The notes under the pieces were generated by a model. That model saw only the letters and a list, made by a program, of their open reading frames with translations. It was not told where the DNA came from and made no database searches. The position numbers were made by a program, and so were the translations under genes. From assembly GCA_040766745.1 (NCBI GenBank), contig JAXGPX010000008.1:11813-75812 (forward strand): a DNA stretch of 64,000 nucleotides, in the 5' to 3' direction. Positions 58,618-64,000 of this stretch are shown here, in pieces (the stretch's first letter is position 1; every line of letters starts with the position of its first letter). The stretch comes from Bacillota bacterium (GTDB lineage: Bacteria > Bacillota > Sulfobacillia > Fermentithermobacillales > Fermentithermobacillaceae).

Positions 58618-61029
58618 TTGGAACGAATAGCAAAGGTAATCATTGACCGGCGAAACCTACTGTTTCTACTTTATATTATTGCAATAATCTTCAGTATATT
58701 TTCCATGCGCTGGGTCCATGTAGAAAACGACATTGTGTATTATCTGTCAGAGGACAGCAAGACACGCCAGGGAATTACCATTATGAATGAGGAATTCACC
58801 ACTTTTGGTATGGCTGATATCATGATTTCAAACATTTCTTACGGGCATGCCAGGGAGATAGCTGACAGAGTAGGTGACGTTCATGGTGTAGCCTCGGTGA
58901 TGTTTGACAATACAGAGGATTACTACAAGAAGTCTTCTGCGCTATTTGTTGTCCTTCTTAGTGGCGAAGACACTGATGAGATCAGCCTAAAAGCCATGGA
59001 AGAAATACGCGATATTGTTTCGCCGTATGACGTTTCCATCTCTACTACAGTAGGTATAGATATAGTCGCTCAATTGACAAAGGATATGACAATAGTAGGC
59101 GTACTTGCAGCCATTATTATAATAACTGTCCTTATGTTTACATCACAATCCTATGCTGAAGTTCCTTTGTTGCTCGTGATTTTTGGAGTGGCTGCTCTTC
59201 TCAACGTGGGGACAAACTTCATGCTCGGGAAAATCTCCTTTATATCCAATTCGGTGGGAGTAATTCTTCAGCTAGCTTTGGCTATTGACTATGCAATTAT
59301 CCTGTGCCACAGGTTCAATGAGGAACATGAACACCTTCCGGCCAGAGATGCTGCCATCCTGGCGCTCAGCAAAGCTATTCCAGAGATATCTTCCAGCAGC
59401 TTAACCACGGTCGCAGGGTTGGGGGCTCTTGCTTTTATGCAGTTTGGAATTGGCAAGGATTTAGCTGCAGTTATGATCAAGGCGATTCTCCTAAGCATGC
59501 TTTCTGTCTTTACTCTAATGCCTGGCCTATTGGTGATGTTCAGCAATTCAATCAAAAAGACTAAGCACAGAAACTTTATTCCATCTGTATCGGCCATAGG
59601 GCGGTTTTCTATTAAGACCAGGTATGTTATTCCGCCGGTTTTTGCTGTAATACTTGTGGTGTCCTTTGTGCTTTCCAGCAAATGTCCTTTTGTTTTTAGT
59701 CTGAATGACATACGTGCCCATAGAATGAGCGATACTCAGCTGGCAAAGGACCGGATTGAGGAGAATTTTGGTGCCAAGAATATGATCGCACTTATCGTGC
59801 CATCTGGAGATTACGCGGCGGAAAAAAAGCTCTTGACCATGCTAAATAACTATGACGAGGTGGAGTCAGCTGTAGGGCTTTCCAATACTGAGGCCATAGG
59901 AGGCTATATGTTAACAGATTCTCTAACGCCAAGACAGTTTTCCGAGCTTGTTGACTTGGATTTTGAATTGGCCCAGATTCTGTATTCAGCCTATGCAGTC
60001 AATGATGAGGATTATGGAAAGGTCATAAGCGGTATTAGTTATTACAGTGTTCCGCTTATAGATATGTATCAGTTCCTGTACGATGAAGTTGTTCGAGGGT
60101 ACATCCCGTTTGACGGCGAGCTAGCGGAAGAATTAGAAGAATACAATGAATTATTGACCACTGCCCGTAAGCAAATGGAAGGAGAGAATTTTACTCGAAT
60201 GCTCTTGTACCTCAACCTTCCAGTAGAAAGTAAGGAGACTTACGATTTTCTATCTGCAATCTATGAAGAAACCGGCAAGTATTATGATAATAGCCGAGTG
60301 TATCTTGTAGGCGAATCCTCAAATGCTTTGGATTTGTCTTCAACTTTCACCAAGGATAACCTCATAATCAGCATCCTATCTGTGCTATTTGTAATTCTTA
60401 TATTGACTTTCACATTTCAATCTGCAGGGCTTCCCGTTTTGCTCATATCTGTAATCCAGGCTAGCATTTGGATTAACTTTTCCTTGCCTTTCATAAGAGG
60501 ACAGGGTATTTATTTCCTAGGATTCTTACTGGTGTCCTCTATTCAAATGGGTGCCAACATTGACTATGCCATAGTGATTACCAGCCGTTACCTGGCCCTA
60601 AAAGAGGAACTGCCACCACGTCAAGCTGTAATTGAAGCTTTGAATCAGGGTTTTCCTACTGTCATAACTTCAGGGTCAATTTTAGCTGTGGCAGGTATTC
60701 TCATTGGCCGGCTTTCAACAGACGGCGCAACTTCTGTCCTAGGCTCGTGTTTGGGCCAAGGTACGATTATATCCATAATTTTGGTTATATTTGTTCTTCC
60801 TCAGCTTCTTTACCTCGGAGATACCATTATCCAACGTACTTCCTTCAAACTGAGAACACCTACGCTTTTCTATCAAGCTGAGGGGAAGGTGCACTTTACT
60901 GGAAAGCTGGATGGATATGTAAAAGGAGAAGTCCATGCTTATGTAGATGGCACTATTGCAGGTGAAATACGTCCTGTAAAGGGTAGTGAGAGTGAAGCCA
61001 ATGATAACGATAACCATGAGGACTCGTAA
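58618..61029 (+). CDS. MMPL/RND-superfamily membrane transporter
   Basis: 803 aa with two blocks of about 6 transmembrane segments, each preceded by a large extracytoplasmic domain (SSD/MMPL architecture). TTG start. Confidence 0.65.
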   Translation: MERIAKVIIDRRNLLFLLYIIAIIFSIFSMRWVHVENDIVYYLSEDSKTRQGITIMNEEFTTFGMADIMISNISYGHAREIADRVGDVHGVASVMFDNTEDYYKKSSALFVVLLSGEDTDEISLKAMEEIRDIVSPYDVSISTTVGIDIVAQLTKDMTIVGVLAAIIIITVLMFTSQSYAEVPLLLVIFGVAALLNVGTNFMLGKISFISNSVGVILQLALAIDYAIILCHRFNEEHEHLPARDAAILALSKAIPEISSSSLTTVAGLGALAFMQFGIGKDLAAVMIKAILLSMLSVFTLMPGLLVMFSNSIKKTKHRNFIPSVSAIGRFSIKTRYVIPPVFAVILVVSFVLSSKCPFVFSLNDIRAHRMSDTQLAKDRIEENFGAKNMIALIVPSGDYAAEKKLLTMLNNYDEVESAVGLSNTEAIGGYMLTDSLTPRQFSELVDLDFELAQILYSAYAVNDEDYGKVISGISYYSVPLIDMYQFLYDEVVRGYIPFDGELAEELEEYNELLTTARKQMEGENFTRMLLYLNLPVESKETYDFLSAIYEETGKYYDNSRVYLVGESSNALDLSSTFTKDNLIISILSVLFVILILTFTFQSAGLPVLLISVIQASIWINFSLPFIRGQGIYFLGFLLVSSIQMGANIDYAIVITSRYLALKEELPPRQAVIEALNQGFPTVITSGSILAVAGILIGRLSTDGATSVLGSCLGQGTIISIILVIFVLPQLLYLGDTIIQRTSFKLRTPTLFYQAEGKVHFTGKLDGYVKGEVHAYVDGTIAGEIRPVKGSESEANDNDNHEDS

Positions 61030-61039
61030 GCGTAGGGCC

Positions 61040-64000
61040 ATGAGAAGGTCTAGCTCTGTTATATCCATGATAATGATACTCTCATTATTATCAATGCAGG
61101 TTTCACCGGTATTCGCTGCAGCTGCATCCCCACAGACTGTTTATGTTTTCGATGCCGACGATCTATTCAAACTGTCAAAAGACTGCTCCTTTGATAAGTG
61201 GTCTAAGGGTAGGACTGTGGTCTTAAAGTCTGATATCGACTTAATAGACAGGGAGTTTACCCCTATTCCCATATTTGGAGGCGTTTTTGATGGGCAAGGC
61301 CACAGTATCAGTGGATTATCTGTAAACGTAGAAGGATCTAACCAGGGCCTTTTCAGGTATCTTCAAGAAGGCGGAGTCATAAAGAACCTGGTGGTTGAAG
61401 GGGTTGTCACTCCAGAGGGAGACAAGAGCAATATCGGAGGCATTGTTGGCAATAACAGCGGTGTATTGGAGAATTGCAGTTTTTCAGGCTATGTAAAGGG
61501 CAAGGATAATATTGGCGGGCTTGTAGGACTGAACGGTACCTCAGGTATGATAATAAATTCCTTTGCAAGAGGCGTGATTTATGGAGAAAGCAAGGTAGGC
61601 GGAGTGGCCGGGTTTAATGCTGGGACTATTCTACGCTGTTACAACATTTCCAATGTAAACACTACAGTTGAAGAACACAAGCTGAATTTTCAGGAGTTGA
61701 CTGTTGATGATATTGCTCCTTTCAAGTCCTTCATCAATGTTATTGACATTGGAGGAATTGCAGGTATAAATACGGGCGTAGTACGAAGCTCAGAAAACCG
61801 CGGCAATATTGGCTACCCTCATGTTGGCTATAACGTAGGTGGAGTCATTGGGAGACAAAGCGGTTATGTGACGGAATGCTCAAACCATGGCAGAATACAT
61901 GGCCGAAAGGAAGTGGGGGGGATTGTGGGACAGATGGAGCCCCATGTATCTACAACCATTCCCCCATCTAAACTGAAAGAGCTGCATAGGGAGTTAAATC
62001 ATCTGCAATCCTCGATTACTAAGTTGTTGGATGATACGAAGGCCAGTTCAAATGTGATAAACCAAGGCCTGTCGTCTGTTCAAGACGATCTCAATAGTAC
62101 CAAGGCCCATGCTGAGTCCCTTATTAATCAAACGGAGGCTCTCTTAAATAAAGACATAGAAGAAATAAATAGGATTAGCTTAATGGCTATAGAAGTTATG
62201 GACAGATTGATTCCAATTGTAGATACCCTTGCTGATGTTGTTGAGATTATGGATGAAGCTCTTCCCCTGATTAGACAATCCCTGCATCACTTTGCCAATG
62301 CCATGGGCACGCTGCCTGAATTGGACGATCACTATAAGAAGATATCTGACGCTATGGATTATTCTATGGACAGATTAGTTGAGGCCGGGGACAGTGCTCA
62401 AAAGGCTCTCTCAGATGTGATACAGGCACTTGAACTCCTATACAACGGAGAAATGGATGGAGTGCTGGAACTGCTTGACTCTGCCTGGGACAATCTCAAT
62501 GAGGCTGGAAAGAGCATTGAAAAAGCAATGGACGGCCTGAAGACTGCGCAAGAGCATATGACGGAGATCATGACGCTCCTGGGCCGTATGGGAATAGATG
62601 TGGGTTATGGCCTAAAGTGCTTAGGAGATGCCATAGAAGTATTGGAGGAGGCCATGGATCCCATTTCTGCCATGCTCCGCGACATCTCCGGTTTGTTAGA
62701 GTATCTGGCTGAGCAACCGGAATTGAAGTTTGAAACCACAGATGATGTATATCAGGAGACAAAGGAGAACCTCTTCAGGTCCATAGATAGTATGTCAGAT
62801 TCCTTGTTTCAACTGATTAACACAGTGAAAAGGGAAGGAGATGTATTACTGGACGATTTTCAAAGAGTCAGCGATCAGTTATTCCTTGTCTTGGGCTTGG
62901 TGCTTGATATTGTTGAGGAGGTAAGTGAAGGGGAGATAGACCCGGACATGATCCTTGAGGATGTATCCCGTAATGATGTAGATGGTAGCACAGAGGGTAA
63001 GGTAAGTAATAGCACGAACTATGGTGCTGTAGACGGAGATATTAATGTAGGCGGCATTGCCGGTGCCATGGCCATTGAGTTCCCCTTAGATGCTGAAGAG
63101 GAACTGAGCATACGGAACAAACCATCCCTCAGGACTGTGTTTAAAACCCGGGCAGTTATGGCCAATTGCCAAAATCATGGTGCAGTAGTAGGGAAAAAGA
63201 GCAACGTAGGCGGCATTGTGGGCAATATGGACCTGGGCTACATAAAGGGTTGCATGGCAACAAACTCTGTAGAGAGCATTGACGGGCACTATGTAGGTGG
63301 CATTGCCGGCAAAGCTAACAGCCTCATTGACTTCAGTTATGCCAAATCCACCCTTCATGGAGGAAATTATGTAGGTGGTATTGCAGGGCTTGGACAGGAA
63401 ATTACCAACTGCTGTTCTATGGTAAGCGTTAATCGGGGTAGGGCTTGCGTAGGCGCCATAGCAGGGTATGCAGATAAAGACAGTGTCATAAGAAACAATT
63501 ACTTCGTCAGCCATGTTCTAGCCGGCATTGATGGGATCAGCTACATGAACAAGGCAGAGCCTGTAACCTACGAAGAATTCATTGCCATAGATGGCCTGCC
63601 GTCGATATTCAGAGAGTTCAAATTGACTTTTTGGGTAGATGATAAGCTTGTAGACACCATAGAGTTTGCTTACGGCAGTTCCATCGCAGAAGAGGATATA
63701 CCAGAAATCCCCCTAAAGCCAGGGCATTATGGCAAATGGGAAGGCTTAGATGCGGCGAGCCTCACCTCTGACTTTACAGTGAATGCAGAGTATTTCCCTT
63801 ATGTAAGTGTTCTGGAGAGCCAGACAAAAAGAGAAGGGCTGCTATCAGTAGTTTTGGTTGAAGGTGAATTCACTGACGAAGACTCCTTGTCCTTAACGAA
63901 GATTGCCCCAGAGGATGAGTCTTCCTCAAGGGAGGGTGAATTCATAGAGGCATGGTGCGCCAGCATTCCGGAAGATGGCAACCCCACTCATGTTGTTCGT
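61040..64000 (+). CDS. Very large secreted GLUG-motif repeat protein with central coiled-coil region (5' partial; open frame runs off the window end)
   Basis: My own translation gives an open frame from the ATG at 61040 to the window end with no stop. Signal peptide MRRSSSVISMIMILSLLSMQVSPVFAAAAS. Repeated NIGGIVG/NIGGLVG/KVGGVAG/NVGGIAG units at both ends, with an alpha-helical middle section. Confidence 0.55.
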   Translation, partial: MRRSSSVISMIMILSLLSMQVSPVFAAAASPQTVYVFDADDLFKLSKDCSFDKWSKGRTVVLKSDIDLIDREFTPIPIFGGVFDGQGHSISGLSVNVEGSNQGLFRYLQEGGVIKNLVVEGVVTPEGDKSNIGGIVGNNSGVLENCSFSGYVKGKDNIGGLVGLNGTSGMIINSFARGVIYGESKVGGVAGFNAGTILRCYNISNVNTTVEEHKLNFQELTVDDIAPFKSFINVIDIGGIAGINTGVVRSSENRGNIGYPHVGYNVGGVIGRQSGYVTECSNHGRIHGRKEVGGIVGQMEPHVSTTIPPSKLKELHRELNHLQSSITKLLDDTKASSNVINQGLSSVQDDLNSTKAHAESLINQTEALLNKDIEEINRISLMAIEVMDRLIPIVDTLADVVEIMDEALPLIRQSLHHFANAMGTLPELDDHYKKISDAMDYSMDRLVEAGDSAQKALSDVIQALELLYNGEMDGVLELLDSAWDNLNEAGKSIEKAMDGLKTAQEHMTEIMTLLGRMGIDVGYGLKCLGDAIEVLEEAMDPISAMLRDISGLLEYLAEQPELKFETTDDVYQETKENLFRSIDSMSDSLFQLINTVKREGDVLLDDFQRVSDQLFLVLGLVLDIVEEVSEGEIDPDMILEDVSRNDVDGSTEGKVSNSTNYGAVDGDINVGGIAGAMAIEFPLDAEEELSIRNKPSLRTVFKTRAVMANCQNHGAVVGKKSNVGGIVGNMDLGYIKGCMATNSVESIDGHYVGGIAGKANSLIDFSYAKSTLHGGNYVGGIAGLGQEITNCCSMVSVNRGRACVGAIAGYADKDSVIRNNYFVSHVLAGIDGISYMNKAEPVTYEEFIAIDGLPSIFREFKLTFWVDDKLVDTIEFAYGSSIAEEDIPEIPLKPGHYGKWEGLDAASLTSDFTVNAEYFPYVSVLESQTKREGLLSVVLVEGEFTDEDSLSLTKIAPEDESSSREGEFIEAWCASIPEDGNPTHVVR

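Overview
This is a 64 kb bacterial chromosomal window of roughly 50% GC. Several lines point to a Firmicutes/Clostridia-like organism: GGAGG-type Shine-Dalgarno sites, frequent TTG/GTG starts, a T-box leader, an AbiE toxin-antitoxin pair, and a type IV pilus operon with no secretin gene. The annotations below come from reading motifs in the supplied translations and DNA. No database searches were run.

Left to right, the main content is:
- **434-9303:** an almost complete type IV pilus operon (PilB/GspE ATPase, PilC platform protein, three prepilin-like proteins, a large PilX-N-like protein, PilM/N/O-like proteins, PilD prepilin peptidase). It is preceded by tandem 13-bp repeats and carries a weak sigma-54-like promoter ahead of the major pilin gene.
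- **9312-9880:** an unusual tandem array of a 61-bp two-subtype unit, recently homogenised as a 123-bp dimer. A degenerate homologous copy lies at 39130-39560, and a possibly related GGAACC-rich minisatellite at 44400-44850.
- **10237-15413:** an ABC-2 transporter, dapF, and a D-aminoacylase-like amidohydrolase.
- **15464-18348:** a tightly coupled four-gene minus-strand operon of membrane proteins that I cannot place in any family.
- **19635-24242:** a LivKHMGF-type branched-chain amino acid ABC transporter operon with an intercistronic hairpin.
- **24368-26248:** a lipoprotein/GH26-like glycosidase split by a single in-frame TAG.
- **26465-34032:** an FrhB-like Fe-S protein with a polysaccharide pyruvyl transferase, an L-asparaginase with an acidic insertion, a GAF/PAS sigma-54 activator, and an MFS transporter.
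- **34506-39118:** plsY, then a small pyrophosphatase-like protein, MoxR AAA ATPase, a DUF58 protein and a membrane protein.
- **39768-45682:** an M42 peptidase; the AbiEi/AbiEii type IV toxin-antitoxin pair with a candidate operator; NUDIX and GNAT genes (the GNAT 5' end is tandemly duplicated); a TraX-like gene.
- **45755-51921:** a YvfTU/DesKR-like two-component system sitting divergently from a YvfRS-like ABC-2 transporter, with a nested palindromic operator between them.
- **52017-57932:** a DUF5050-like lipoprotein; an amidohydrolase; an NhaC-family transporter preceded by a canonical T-box riboswitch leader; a SAM methyltransferase.
- **58095-64000:** an ADP-ribosylglycohydrolase pseudogene remnant; an MMPL-family transporter; the start of a very large secreted GLUG-motif repeat protein that runs off the window end.
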